64,000 nucleotides of DNA, taken from the IMG/VR virus record IMGVR_UViG_3300028805_000048, one strand, 5' to 3'. The translations under genes were made by a program, and so were the position numbers. Below the pieces are notes generated by a model. It saw only the letters and a list, made by a program, of their open reading frames with translations. It was not told where the DNA came from and made no database searches. The DNA comes from a virus. Its lineage: Duplodnaviria > Caudoviricetes. Shown here in pieces: positions 36,806 through 48,961 of the stretch. The stretch's first letter is position 1. Each line of letters opens with the position of its first letter.

Positions 36806-37750
36806 ATGTCTTATAAAAACTACTATAGTATACTTGAACTAGGATATGATTGTACACAAGATGATATAGAAAGAGCATATCATTATTATGCTAGAATATA
36901 TCATCCAGAAATAAATCCAAAAGGTGGTAATTTATATAGAGAAATAGTTAATGCTTATAATATCTTAAAAGATCCTATAAAGCGTGAAAAATATGATTTG
37001 CAACATAAAATACACTCTAGAGCTATATTAGAAGATTTAAAAGAAAAAGCAAAATTTACAGTACAGATTAGAGATGATATTGGAGAAAGAATAGAACAAT
37101 TATATGATAAATATAAGAATAAATATTCTAATGATGAAATAATTGAAAAAATATCTAATAGAGTAGCATTAGTATGTGAAGAAATAATACCATCTATAAA
37201 GCAATTTGTTTTTTATAGAAAAAAAGAAGATGAATTTATAAAAAATGATAAAATTGATAGATCTATAGATTTTCCATTTGATTGGTATGAAGATAATCAA
37301 TATTTTGCTATAATAGATAAACAACCGATATTTGATATTTTATACAATATAAACGATTATAGATTTGAAAATGTATGTTCTGGAATTTATAATAGAAGTA
37401 TAATTTCTATAATTTTTTCTTGTTTGATTTATATTTTAGCTTTACCTGTTATACTTATTTCTAAAATAATTAGAAAATTTAATATTGATTTTGAAAAAAT
37501 AGATGATAAAAATACACCAAAGTGGATAAAATATTACATATACATGATATATAAAAATAATTTTTGTGAAGTTTTAGGAAGTGTTATTTTTTTACTTGGA
37601 TTTATAGTTATAAAAACATTAGATAAAATTTTATATTCTTTATACTGGATTTTCGATAGAATATTAAAAGTCTTTATTTTACCTTTTGCATATGTGTTTA
37701 AATGGATAATATTAGGTTTTACAATTTTATGGATATTATCTATACTATAG
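36806..37750 (+). CDS. J-domain (DnaJ-like) membrane protein
   Basis: NYYSILEL..C.QDDIERAY...YHPEIN...EIVNAYNILKDPIKREKYD; hydrophobic C-terminal segments. Confidence 0.8.
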   Translation: MSYKNYYSILELGYDCTQDDIERAYHYYARIYHPEINPKGGNLYREIVNAYNILKDPIKREKYDLQHKIHSRAILEDLKEKAKFTVQIRDDIGERIEQLYDKYKNKYSNDEIIEKISNRVALVCEEIIPSIKQFVFYRKKEDEFIKNDKIDRSIDFPFDWYEDNQYFAIIDKQPIFDILYNINDYRFENVCSGIYNRSIISIIFSCLIYILALPVILISKIIRKFNIDFEKIDDKNTPKWIKYYIYMIYKNNFCEVLGSVIFLLGFIVIKTLDKILYSLYWIFDRILKVFILPFAYVFKWIILGFTILWILSIL

Positions 37751-37753
37751 GAT

Positions 37754-38086
37754 ATGGATAAATCGATGAATGAAGATTGGGAAAATTTTGAAACGACATG
37801 TAAATTGTTTGGCTATACTACAACTAATAAATCTAAGGCACATAATACATTAACTGCTTTAGATTTTTATTTAACAAAAATAATAAAATGCAAAACCAAG
37901 TGTTATAATAATTATCATATACACTATTTAGATTATATATTAAATCAAGAACATATATTAACAATAACACATGAAAAAAGTAAGTATAACAGAAACATAA
38001 TAGTGAGATTTATTGATAAATATAATCATTCAATACCATCAAAAATACATGTTTTAAAATATTTAAAAGAAAATGATTTGTTATAA
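37754..38086 (+). CDS. Hypothetical protein
   Basis: ORF track; coupled to the upstream gene. Confidence 0.5.
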   Translation: MDKSMNEDWENFETTCKLFGYTTTNKSKAHNTLTALDFYLTKIIKCKTKCYNNYHIHYLDYILNQEHILTITHEKSKYNRNIIVRFIDKYNHSIPSKIHVLKYLKENDLL

Positions 38087-38146
38087 ATGGCTTTACAAAA
38101 TAAAAAAATATTATATATTAATGTTGTTAATTTAACTGTACATATT

Positions 38147-38417
38147 ATGTAGATAATCGTGGCGGAAGTATAGACGCTAGATGGAATATAGAGAGACATT
38201 ATAAGACCGGATATTATCAATGTCGTAAATTTAATGAAAAGGGTATGATAATTTTTTACAAATTTATTATACTTAAACGGAGATCATAGTGGAATGCGAA
38301 CTGTCCATTAGTTTGATAGGCCATCAAATACGATATGATCCAAAACAAAGACTATATGTCCTGTGGGATAGATTTAAGATTAAGAGTTTTGTCTTGGCCA
38401 TAGGCGATTATCTACAT
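38147..38417 (+). ncRNA. Candidate structured ncRNA (about 270 nt)
   Basis: 14-bp closing stem ATGTAGATAATCGT/GCGATTATCTACAT; TTTACA promoter at 38092. Confidence 0.6.
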
Positions 38418-38439
38418 TTTATCTTGAAAGTTCATAAGA

Positions 38440-38808
38440 ATGAAAATAGATCCACATCCATATCGTAAATTAGAAAAAAGAATTTTAATTTATTGTATTA
38501 ATCAAACATCAAATGATATACATAAAAAAATATTAAAAAATTCTATAAAAACTAGTAAAAGGTTAAAAGGTGGATTTACTGAAATAAGTATGCCTGCTAA
38601 AATGAATTATAAATTATTCATTGAATATACAGAAAATTTTATAAAAACAAATTTTAATGATATAATAAAATGTGAATATATATCATTAGTTGATAAAAAT
38701 ACACGTCATGCTTATGATGCATATAATAAAATAAGATTATCAATTAATTATTCTAAAGCAAATTCAGAAGATATAGAAACATATCTAAGGATATTACTGC
38801 ATGAATAA
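38440..38808 (+). CDS. Small hypothetical protein (C-terminal T-x-L-R motif family)
   Basis: Ends DIETYLRILLHE. Confidence 0.55.
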   Translation: MKIDPHPYRKLEKRILIYCINQTSNDIHKKILKNSIKTSKRLKGGFTEISMPAKMNYKLFIEYTENFIKTNFNDIIKCEYISLVDKNTRHAYDAYNKIRLSINYSKANSEDIETYLRILLHE

Positions 38809-39154
38809 TATTGTAGAATCTTTATTAAAAATAATATTTAATTTAATAAATTGTAGAATAATATCTATAAACGTCATTAATAAAAATGAAAATAATAATA
38901 CAGAGATAGATTTCTTGATAGCTCTTCATGATAATAATTTAAAATATATTCCTCTTATGTTGGACTTGTGTAAAGAATTAGACGTCTCAATAAAAATTCA
39001 ACACGATTTTAAAAACAATTTTAATAGTTTAGAAATAGAGTTTAATCAAAATATTCTAAATACCAACGTCTCTAAATTAAATGAATTTGAAACAGTATTA
39101 AGATTACAAGGATTATATAATCCAGAAGCAAAAATATTTGTATGTGATCTTTAG
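38801..39154 (+). CDS. Small hypothetical protein (C-terminal T-x-L-R motif family)
   Basis: Contains EFETVLRLQGLY near the C-terminus. Confidence 0.55.
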   Translation: MNNIVESLLKIIFNLINCRIISINVINKNENNNTEIDFLIALHDNNLKYIPLMLDLCKELDVSIKIQHDFKNNFNSLEIEFNQNILNTNVSKLNEFETVLRLQGLYNPEAKIFVCDL

Positions 39155-39850
39155 AAAAAAGAATAAAAAAATAAGATTAGTAATATAAAGCGACACGACT
39201 AATAAATAGACTTTTGTCGCTAGATAAAAAAGAAGCGGAATAGGAATAGAACAGGAAGGAAGAAAACGAGAACAAGATAAGGAATGATCAAGACTTTTAT
39301 ATGATCTAAACAGATCGAATAAAGGTCTGTTAAAGGTTAGTTAGTATGAAATCAATCAAGACGGTTGAATCCGACCTACTGAAATTAGAATATTGTCTAC
39401 TTTGTTATACGTAAACGGCGTGGGGCCGGCGGCGTGGTGGGCGGCCACGTCGTAAAAAATCACTTTGTTTTTTATAAATATGTACGTTGTATTTTTTATA
39501 TATTATTATAAAAACATAAAATAAATAAAATAAAACATATATAAAATTTATATTTATTTATTTTAATTCAAAAAATCAAAATAAAATATATAAAAAACAA
39601 CTTTGCAAATTTTATTATAAAAAATCAAATTTAACTTTGCAAAAATAAAATATCTACTTTGTTTTTAAAATATTTATAATAAAATTATAAATTAAATAAT
39701 AAAATATATATAAAATTTATATATTTAATTTATCAAAAATAATAAAATAAAAAATATATTATATAAGCTTTATATTAAAATAAATAAAGTTTTTATAATA
39801 TATTATTATACTCAACTTTAACATTAACTTTAACGTCATGAAAGGAGTAA
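39155..39850. other. Long non-coding region: GC-rich hairpin followed by an almost pure A/T tract (candidate origin, terminus or early control region)
   Basis: No ORF; GC island at 39415-39453; A/T tract at about 39460-39830. Confidence 0.5.
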
Positions 39851-39854
39851 AGCC

Positions 39855-40226
39855 ATGACAACACGTAAATCTGTAAAATCAATCGAAACATCTGCAACTG
39901 AAGCTAAAGGCTTCGACTTATCTGCGGCTTTAGCTGCTGCAGCTGAAGCTCCTAAGTCTTCGCGTACTCGTACCAGCTCTGGCGAAAGCGATAGACTCAA
40001 TGTCATCACTCAAATACTCGATGCAGCTGGTCCTTCTGGTTTAGCTATGCCACAAATAAAAGCTGCATACTTTGCTGGTAAAGGTATTGTGCCTACAAAG
40101 AAAGAAGAAAAGCAGGTATATGAGACTGTATTCCAACACAGCGACGCTTGCCACAATAAAACGTGGAAAGAAAGTAAAGTAGTCTTTACACGTGATGAGA
40201 GCGGGGCTTACAGCTTAAAGAAGTAA
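39855..40226 (+). CDS. Early protein, possible winged-helix DNA binder
   Basis: TGAAAGGAG RBS; higher GC than neighbours; C-terminal helix-rich domain ending in a beta hairpin. Confidence 0.6.
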   Translation: MTTRKSVKSIETSATEAKGFDLSAALAAAAEAPKSSRTRTSSGESDRLNVITQILDAAGPSGLAMPQIKAAYFAGKGIVPTKKEEKQVYETVFQHSDACHNKTWKESKVVFTRDESGAYSLKK

Positions 40227-40247
40227 GCGGCCCAGCCTACCCCCGGC

Positions 40248-40299
40248 CTAAGCACTGAAGATTGCCCTGCTATCGAGCAGGGCTTTCTTGAATGCTTAG
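40248..40299 (+). repeat. Conserved intergenic hairpin, copy 1
   Basis: CTAAGCACTGAAGATT...TTTCTTGAATGCTTA. Confidence 0.75.
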
Positions 40300-40319
40300 C
40301 TTTGTGAGCGGCGTTCAGT

Positions 40320-40505
40320 TTGATAATCAATATTTTTAAAGGAGTAAAGCAAATGATTATTGTAAAAAATGAAAACGGCACTTATACGTTACGTGATAAA
40401 GATTTTAATATGGATATTGCAAACGGCACTCTTATGCAAATGAAGCAATTAAAAGCACAAATCGATGCTTGTGGTCGTGAGCAGAACTTAACATTAGCGG
40501 CATAA
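40320..40505 (+). CDS. Hypothetical protein (likely true start at the internal ATG)
   Basis: AAAGGAG RBS before MIIVKNENG. Confidence 0.65.
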   Translation: MIINIFKGVKQMIIVKNENGTYTLRDKDFNMDIANGTLMQMKQLKAQIDACGREQNLTLAA

Positions 40506-40523
40506 CAGTTCGAGCCCCGCTTT

Positions 40524-40579
40524 CTAAGCACTGAAGATTCTATCGAGCGTCGTTTGCTCGGTAGTTTCTTGAATGCTTA
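40524..40579 (+). repeat. Conserved intergenic hairpin, copy 2
   Basis: CTAAGCACTGAAGATT...TTTCTTGAATGCTTA with a different apical stem. Confidence 0.75.
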
Positions 40580-40704
40580 TGAAATTTTTTGAAAGGAGGC
40601 ATATTATGAAAAAAGTTTTATAAAATTTCTGTGTTTTTAAAAATATAAATATTTGAAATCACTAATTTTAATTTGTTTTTTAATATGTAACTGAAAGGAG
40701 TAAT

Positions 40705-41076
40705 ATGGAAGCAGCAAATGTTCAACCGTTGACAGCTGAAGAAATCGAACAAAGACGAAAAGAAAACATTAAACGTGTATGTAATTTCGTCGGCGTTAAA
40801 CAATCAGTTGTTCAAACAACAAGTGTAAACAATTCTGTGTCTACAAACAATGGACAGACTGCTGCAAGAAGCTGTAGTCTTAAAGAATTTGATACACAAA
40901 TAATCGATATCTTAAATGCATCAGATGGACCGCAGAGTCCTAAACAGATACATGCTATTCTGGAAAACAATGGTGTAACAAGATATACAACAAAAAATGT
41001 ATGTGATAAGTGCTGGAATCTTAAAAAGAAAGGTCTTATCGCAAAAGCTGGCAAAGGTCAGTATTCAAAATTATAA
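40705..41076 (+). CDS. Winged-helix-like protein
   Basis: QIIDILNASDGPQSPKQI...L.KKGLI.KAGKGQY. Confidence 0.6.
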   Translation: MEAANVQPLTAEEIEQRRKENIKRVCNFVGVKQSVVQTTSVNNSVSTNNGQTAARSCSLKEFDTQIIDILNASDGPQSPKQIHAILENNGVTRYTTKNVCDKCWNLKKKGLIAKAGKGQYSKL

Positions 41077-41082
41077 AAAAAA

Positions 41083-41156
41083 TGACCGTAGAATGCTAAT
41101 AATTAGAAAAAACGATAAACTAATCATGAAATTATAAAAAGTGCATTCTACGGTCA
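41083..41156. repeat. CCGTAGAAT inverted-repeat element, copy 1
   Basis: TGACCGTAGAATGC...GCATTCTACGGTCA. Confidence 0.7.
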
Positions 41157-41204
41157 AAAAAAGTATGTTAAAATCGATTCATTTAGTTTTGAAAGGATAA
41201 AGTC

Positions 41205-41498
41205 ATGTTTATTTATATCATAAAATCTGAAGTTAATGAGTATGGTGAACGTCATATTGATAAAGTCGTAAAAGATGTTGCTATTCATCATAAAAGTGGT
41301 ATTTATGTAACAGAAAAGAATGGATTTGTAAAAGATAGAGATGTAATGCTTGCTTATACAGCTGAAAAATTGAAAGAATTAGTATTGTCAAATGCTTGGA
41401 ATGGCTATTTCAGTAAAGATTTGTGTCATCAATATAAAGCACAAACTTTAGTTGAACAAACCTTGCTAAGAAATGCAAAAGCTAGACAAGTCGCATAA
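41205..41498 (+). CDS. Hypothetical protein
   Basis: TGAAAGGA RBS. Confidence 0.65.
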   Translation: MFIYIIKSEVNEYGERHIDKVVKDVAIHHKSGIYVTEKNGFVKDRDVMLAYTAEKLKELVLSNAWNGYFSKDLCHQYKAQTLVEQTLLRNAKARQVA

Positions 41499-41623
41499 AA
41501 TAGACAAGAAATTATTATTGTGTCTATTTTTTGTCTAAAAGTTAAGTCATTGATTTTAAACAATTTAGACAAAATTTCCCGAAGGAAAAAATAAAAAGTT
41601 TGTTGATTAAAAATAGACAAAAA
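41498..41623. repeat. About 125-bp dispersed repeat (TAGACA boxes and TAAGTCATTGATTTTAAACAAT), copy 1
   Basis: Collinear with 62793-62920. Confidence 0.8.
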
Positions 41624-41627
41624 TTTT

Positions 41628-44600
41628 ATGGAAGGAAGGTATAACATGAAACAAAAATTGATTAAGATTGTTAAAGTTAGTTGTTTAACAATCATGTTAA
41701 TGTTATTATTACTTGTTGTTGCATTTTTAATATCATCCATCGCATATTTTTTATCAAGTGATTATATAGGAATAATATTCTTTTTCTGTTGTGTATTTGC
41801 ATTTCTTTTTTGGTTGATTTGGAATGATATTTTATCCAATCCATCAAATGATAAAGAATCAAAGTAATATGGAACATGTTATTCTTATAGCACTTTTTTG
41901 TATGATTGGTTATCTTGTATCTGAGATATCTAGATTACATAAGAAGTTTGATCTTGCTGTTCATGGATTAATTGAAGGTATAGGCAACAATGATAGAATG
42001 ATTTATGAAAAACTTAATGATATTGAAAGGGAGATTTATGATGAAAAAGCAAACAGAAACTAATGAAACAGAATTACATTTTGTAAATACACTTACGCAT
42101 GACAAACATAATCCATTAACTTGTGGATTTTGTTTGAGTTATTCTGGTGCTGGAAATGTAAAGCTTGTTCAACACAATGGATTCGATAATATAACTGATG
42201 AAGACATTGAAAAATTTGAGCAAGTCGTTGCTATGCTGAAACTTATGAAATTCGCCAAAGAAAAGGAGCTAAAGAAATGAGTAAATCAACACTTGATAAA
42301 TTAGCAAAGTTAATATCACACTATTGTGAAATACATAATATTATATCAGATGAAAAATTTAAAAACGATATAGAAAAACTTAGCCTTGGTGAAGAAAATT
42401 TACAGGCTTTAGACATTGGAGCTGATGCTGCAATAACGTTAATAACACAAATAAGGAGTAAATGTTATGACAAAGATATTACCTGAAGTTGCTATTGCCT
42501 TGGTTGTAGTTAAACCAGGCAGTGCAAACAGTCAAATGATTTTAGTCGATAACACTGAAGGGTAGGTGTAATTATGTATATAGTAGAAGTAATTGAACAT
42601 GATATGCTATTGACTAATGACTCCAATGTTGTACAAACATATGATGGAGTTCATTTGGTTGAAAGTAGTACTAATGTAGAAAGACGTAAAGTTGTTGGTG
42701 TATTTCACGATAAAGATAAAGCGGAAAAATGTCGTCGTCTTCAACCAGAATTTAAAGAAGATAACGAATATCAAGATTGGGAACCTAAAGTTGTTATACG
42801 TGAAATAGATTCAGATATATAGGAGGTATGAAATGATTAAAGAGTTATAATTTGATAGTCTAATTTAATTGTTTACTTTTTAGAATTTATAGTTTATATT
42901 TTGGATTAACTAACTGATAGGAGTGGTCATGTAAGAAAGACATATTACGTCTGTTTATTATTAAGTATTTGTTTTAATTTAACTTTTTGAAAGGAGATAA
43001 ACAATGAAATATTATTTATTTGCTATGCTACCTAATATTAAAACACTATTTGAAGTTATAATAGCGTTTTTATTTGTGTTTGCTGTGATTGGTTTTATCG
43101 CAACCGCTGAAGATGAAAATACGTTAATTAAAGAAAAAGATAAAGAGTCAGATTTTAGAGCAATTAAATTATCTTTTGTTCTTGGTTGTATATTTTCTTT
43201 AATTATAACATTTATTCCTAATCAAAAGCAGTTAGCTTTTATTATAGCTGCACCATATATCGTAGAGAACCAACAGCTGCAAGAAGCTGGTAAGAACTCT
43301 GCAGAGATTATAAAACTTGGTACAGAATATCTTAAACAAAGTTTGTCAAATGAAATAAAGGAAGGAGGTATGAAATGACAATAATATGGAAACTCAAATG
43401 TTTATTAAGTCGTTTAAACTTTATAAACAAAGTAACTGTAGTTAAATTTCCATATGTATGTTTGTATGGTAAAAATAAAAGCAATCTATTATTTACTGTT
43501 CATTATTTTGAAGGCTTTAATCCATTAAGTTGCTATTTGGATATAGAAATTTCACAACAAGGATCAACTAATACATATAATATTTATGCTGGAGGTATAG
43601 AAGGTGATGAAGATTATTATAAAAAGGTAATGGATAACAATACATATTCTAGCGTATTGAATGCATTAATGAAACAATTTAATTTAAACTTAATTAAGTT
43701 TGATAAAACTGCTTATAAAGAAACAGTAGTTAAAAGTTGGCGAACTACTTGGGAAAGCAAATATAAAATAGGTACTATCGATAAGGTCGAAGTACAGAAA
43801 CTTATAACCCGTTTGAAAAATAAAGAATTTCCTTGTTTAATAAGTTGATAAAAGAAAGGAGTAAAGCTATGACTAGATCACACATAACAGCAAATGAGCT
43901 TAAGAAAGCTGCAGACCATATAGCTGAGACTAAAGGAAAAAGTGGTTATTATCATTGGAAAATACCTAATAAATACCATAAAGACATATCTATTGTTCTT
44001 GACTGGGTAAGTATTTTTGACTGGGAAAATGGTTATGATAGGAATGGTTCTTTTAAAGATAAATATCATGATGGTATCCGGAGACTTGCTTTTAAAGTTG
44101 GTTATCAACCAGACGATACAAGTGAATATTATGATTATCATATAGACTTAGATCATGAGTATTGGCAGTATGGTATATATGAAACAACAGACTTTAAAGC
44201 GTTAGCTAAAATGATTAACCAGCATGTTGATGAGAAAATTGAACATTGGAAATTGGTAAGCAGCGAGTAATATTAAATATTTTAACCTAATGTTTTAAGG
44301 AGAATAAGTGATGAAACAAAAGATTATAGAAAAGTTTGTAGAAGGTGTTGCAGAGGCAAGTGGAATTGTATTCACAATCCTTATTGTAGCAGCTGTTGTA
44401 AAATTATTTCAGTGAGGTAAATAATAATAAATAAGAATTATTTTGTTTACTTTTTAGAAAATATAGTTTATATTTCTAATTTGATATGAAAGGAGTAAAG
44501 CGATGATTAAAATTGTAAGAAATCTTGGAAAGATATATGCTTATTGCTACAAAAATAGTAATAAGCACATGATTGCACATAAATTATCTTATAGACGTAG

Positions 44601-47600
44601 AGCAATAATTGATAAAGACGAAGTTGTTCTTGAATGTGAAGTCATAGGAATATATTATGATCGTGGGAATAGTTTTGTTGGACTAGAATATGAAAAAGTT
44701 TTAGAAATGCTTAACATAAAACCTGAAAAACCAGAATATGCAAATGTAGCATTAGAATATATTAAATGCCCATATGATTCACAGCATCCATATGGAATGG
44801 AAACAATAACTATTGATGGTATTACATATGATAAATATGCATTGGTTATTACTGGTAAAGAACTTGAAAGATCTGAAAAAGATTTTGAGCAGCTTAAAAA
44901 ACTTGTAGATAAAGATGCTGAACATAAATTGAATAAAGTATTTGTTGAACAATCAGTGAATACTGTATTGTCTAAATATGGTATGAAATTTAATGCTTTA
45001 GAACATGAGGTTAGTTGGGATCAAAGTAAATTAAGTGATTTGATTATTGATTATCTTAATAATACCATGATTAAAGAGCTTAAAGAAATTGGTATTGATG
45101 CAGAATTGAATACAAATATTCTTGGTCAATACAGTGGTCATCCACTACTGAATGTACCAATCTATAAACGTAAATTTAAAATCAACCTTAAATCTGAAGG
45201 AGAATGAACATGACTACTAAATATATTTTGATATATACTGACTTTGGCGATACTTGTGATGGTCTTGCTAGAGAAGCTGGTGTATTCAATTCACAAGATG
45301 AAGCGTATGAGGAAATGCGTGCTGATGTTGAGCTGTATCTTCAAGAAAATCACAATAATCCAAATGCAGAAGTAACTGAAGAAAATGATGAATATATCTT
45401 GGTTGGTGATAATCAAGATGGTTGTCAATGGCAAATCTTAGAAGTGGAGGTGTAATATGCTGAAAACATTAAATAATGTTGAAATAATTATAATAGAAGA
45501 TAAAGTTTATTATAATTATAATGGTACACTATATACCAAAGAACAATTTGAAGATACATATTTTCAGCATACAGATACGTCTTCAAAACAACAGAAAGAG
45601 ATTGAAGATTTGTTTGATGATGATGGTAATATCCGTATTAAACTACAAGCAAATGATTATGTCAAATTCAGTTTTTATAACGAATATGATGAACATGTTT
45701 GGGATGAAGGTATAATTGTATATGCTGAATATGATGACAATGATAGAATGAGAGATTTTTATAAAGTTAAAACGCGTGATAATTCTAATGAAGTTATTAG
45801 CATCTATGGTCGTGACATTGATGAAGCATGGAGGTAAGTAATGTGGTTTATAATGTTTTTGATACTCATAAGTGATTTAGATGATAGGATAATACTTGCT
45901 TGTTTTATATGTTGTTGCTTAACACAGGCTTATATAAATCATCTAGATCATAAAAGGCAGTCAGTTTTAGATACTGTTATAGTAAGAGCATCTGAAACTA
46001 ACGATAAATTAATTCAACGTTTACAAGAAAGGATAAACAGTGATGACTAATTATGAATTATATATAGACACGCTGAAATCTTTAGCATCTAGTCAAGGAT
46101 GTTATGCTAGAGCTTTAGATGAGTTTAATAAAATGTCTGATGAAGAAAAAGAACGCCTTGAAAAAGAACTAAACCAATTGCATCAAATGAAAGATCAAGC
46201 TGAAATGTGTATGTTTCTTGAAGATGGGTTATCTTCTGAAGATGATGAAACTGAAAAGAAATATGGTAAAGATGTTTTAGCTTGGACTTCATATGATATT
46301 AATGGTGACATATACGAATGCTATGTTTTAGATGATGGAGATTATTATAACATTCATGTAATAAGTCCAGATTATAGAGATGATGAAACGAATACTTTAA
46401 GACTTCAAGAACCTAAAGATGTAGCTAATCTTGAAACACTTAAAAGTAAAGCTTATATGTTATCTAGAATATTTGAGTTTGCTTTATGGCATGAATGTTA
46501 TGGTGATAATGGTAAACATTATGACTTTAACATAACTTATGAAGAGACTGATTTATAAAAATATTTTTTGTGTATAAGATTATTTGTTAACTATTTATTA
46601 ATAATTATAGGATATAAACAAACCGTTGTTAATTTAATTTTTTAACCGGGAGGTGTAAACATGAGCAGAAAGAAGTATAAAGATTATACTATTGAAGAGA
46701 TTAAAGCTGAACTTGCTGAATTCGATAAGACATATGATCGTCAGCATGGTCGTGCTGGTATTGAGCTAGACGATCCTGAAGCTGAAAAGAGACGTCTATG
46801 GAATAATCTCGTATCAAGACGTTCAAGAAAAGCTCGTAAAGAAGCTCATCAGCGTCATGATAAAGCAGTGAGAGAAGCTCTTCATCTTCATGATGGTGAA
46901 GATGAATGGGGAATAGCTCCTGTAGATGAAAGACGTTATAGAAGCAAATTCAAGTCTGGATATATTGGAGCACCTGTTAAAGTTGAATACATTCGTAGAA
47001 TGACAGGACTTAAGTTATTTCAAATGTATCAACTTCAAGAAAGAACAGGTCTTATTCCTACACCAAGAATTACCAAAGAACAAGCGGATGCAGATTATCA
47101 AAGATGCATAAGAACAGGAGATATATACTAAGTATTATTCTAAAGAACACGTTTCCTTCCGTGGTTAGAGGGATGTCCTGAATATGACATTAAACTATTC
47201 AATTTGTAGAAAGGTAAGTGATTGATTTGATTTATGCTTTACTCCCATTTCAATCACTTATCTGCTTCTAAATGTATAACACCTAAATATGAAAGGAAGG
47301 TCAATTATGACAAATGAAGTAAGAGAACTAACAGAAGACGAAATCAAAGCATTGGCAGCTGCACAATCAGATTACAAAGCTGCTGAAGTAAGATTTAAGC
47401 TTCTTAAAGATACATTAACTGCTAACATTACAATTGGTAAGCATATCGGTAAATCAGGTATTGTTACCAAAGCAATGGTTAAAAGACAAGTAATAGATTA
47501 TAAGAAATTACTTGCTGATCATCCAGAGATTGATGTATCTGAATATACCACGGATACTGAATATCCTATGGTTACTGTTACACCTCTCGTCGAAGAAAGC

Positions 47601-48882
47601 AAAAAGTTTTCTTTGTTCAAATAAACCTGTAACCAAGGAGAATGGAGGCTGGTTGTCTTAGTCTAGATAATCAGCCTCTAAATGTATTAACTCAAGTTAT
47701 TGAAAGGAAACGAAAATGTTCGATAAATTTAAAGAATATTGGGATACGTTAAACATAAAACAAAAGAATGCATTATACGCTAGATATGGAGGTTCATCTT
47801 TTATCTATAAAAAAGATTCATACGATCGCTATGAAGAACCCGAATTAAGATTTCCAACAGCATTTGCTACATTGGATCCAGAAAAGTATAAAGAAGAAAT
47901 AGCTGCTGTTGAATTAGCTCATAGCGATGATCGATATGCTGATGCAATGAACTTTGATAAAATAATGTATATTACAAATTTTATGTGTAAGAATACAAAT
48001 TTTATATCAAAAGAACAATATGAAGCTGAACTAAATAATTATCTTGAGAAAGGCTGTGGTGAATTAAACTTCAATAGATATTCTAAAATATTTACTGAAG
48101 AGCAATTCATGACGTTCTTGAAAGCATTTTTTGTAGAACACGCTAATGATCTTAGTTCTATGGCATCTATTCAGTTTTCTTTATTAATGTCTGATGATCC
48201 CAAAAGCTTTGATTATACACAGATTGGAGATTGTAATTGGAAATACTTATTTTATACTAAAGATCAGTTAAAAGCCGATGTCATTAAAGATCCAGATAAT
48301 CTTAGAAAGATTGAAGATGTTTTCTGTAGAGGTGGAAATACTGAACTTGATCAGATGTATACAAATATGTATAATAATATCACAGAAGGAAGTTTCAATT
48401 ATAAAGATGAAACAGAAAAAGCCTTACGTGATGCACTCATTATACAAAAATATAAGTATGCACCATTACATGACTTCATACAAGACATATTAACTATAGA
48501 TATCCAGTTTGGTAGGTTACTTGTACCTTTATTAAAAGCAGCTAATCGTACTGAATATCATATTAAAACATCAGTTAATGATGTAGTTAATAGTAAGAAA
48601 TGCATTCGTGATTGGATCAGCATATCTGGTATTGATGATAAAGAGATATCAGAAGAAACATATCTTGGTCGTGAACTAACAGATATAGAGAAAAACGAAT
48701 ATAGATATAGTAAGACAATACGTCAAATGTGTTATCTTGCTAGGTGCTGTATGCTAAGACGTATACCAACATCAAAAATGTCTTTTGTTGGTAATGGTTT
48801 AGCTATCGTACAATTGTTCGATTATGATTGGGATAAAATATGGGATTCGATGTACGGACATCTTACAAATGAAGATGTCTAA
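41628..48882 (+). other. Run of about 18 small co-oriented early hypothetical genes (41628, 41824, 42005, 42277, 42574, 43004, 43375, 43833, 44503, 45204, 45457, 45841, 46040, 46661, 47289, 47716, plus 34-aa TM ORF 44311-44415)
   Basis: Strong GAAAGGA/GGAGG RBSs, overlapping stop/start codons and GTTTAC promoters; several are membrane proteins. Confidence 0.7.
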
Positions 48883-48961
48883 AAAATAGCTTTACAAATT
48901 AGAATTATTATGTTATTTTGTTTTTTAATCTAACCACATTTTCTATGAAAGGAAAAATATC

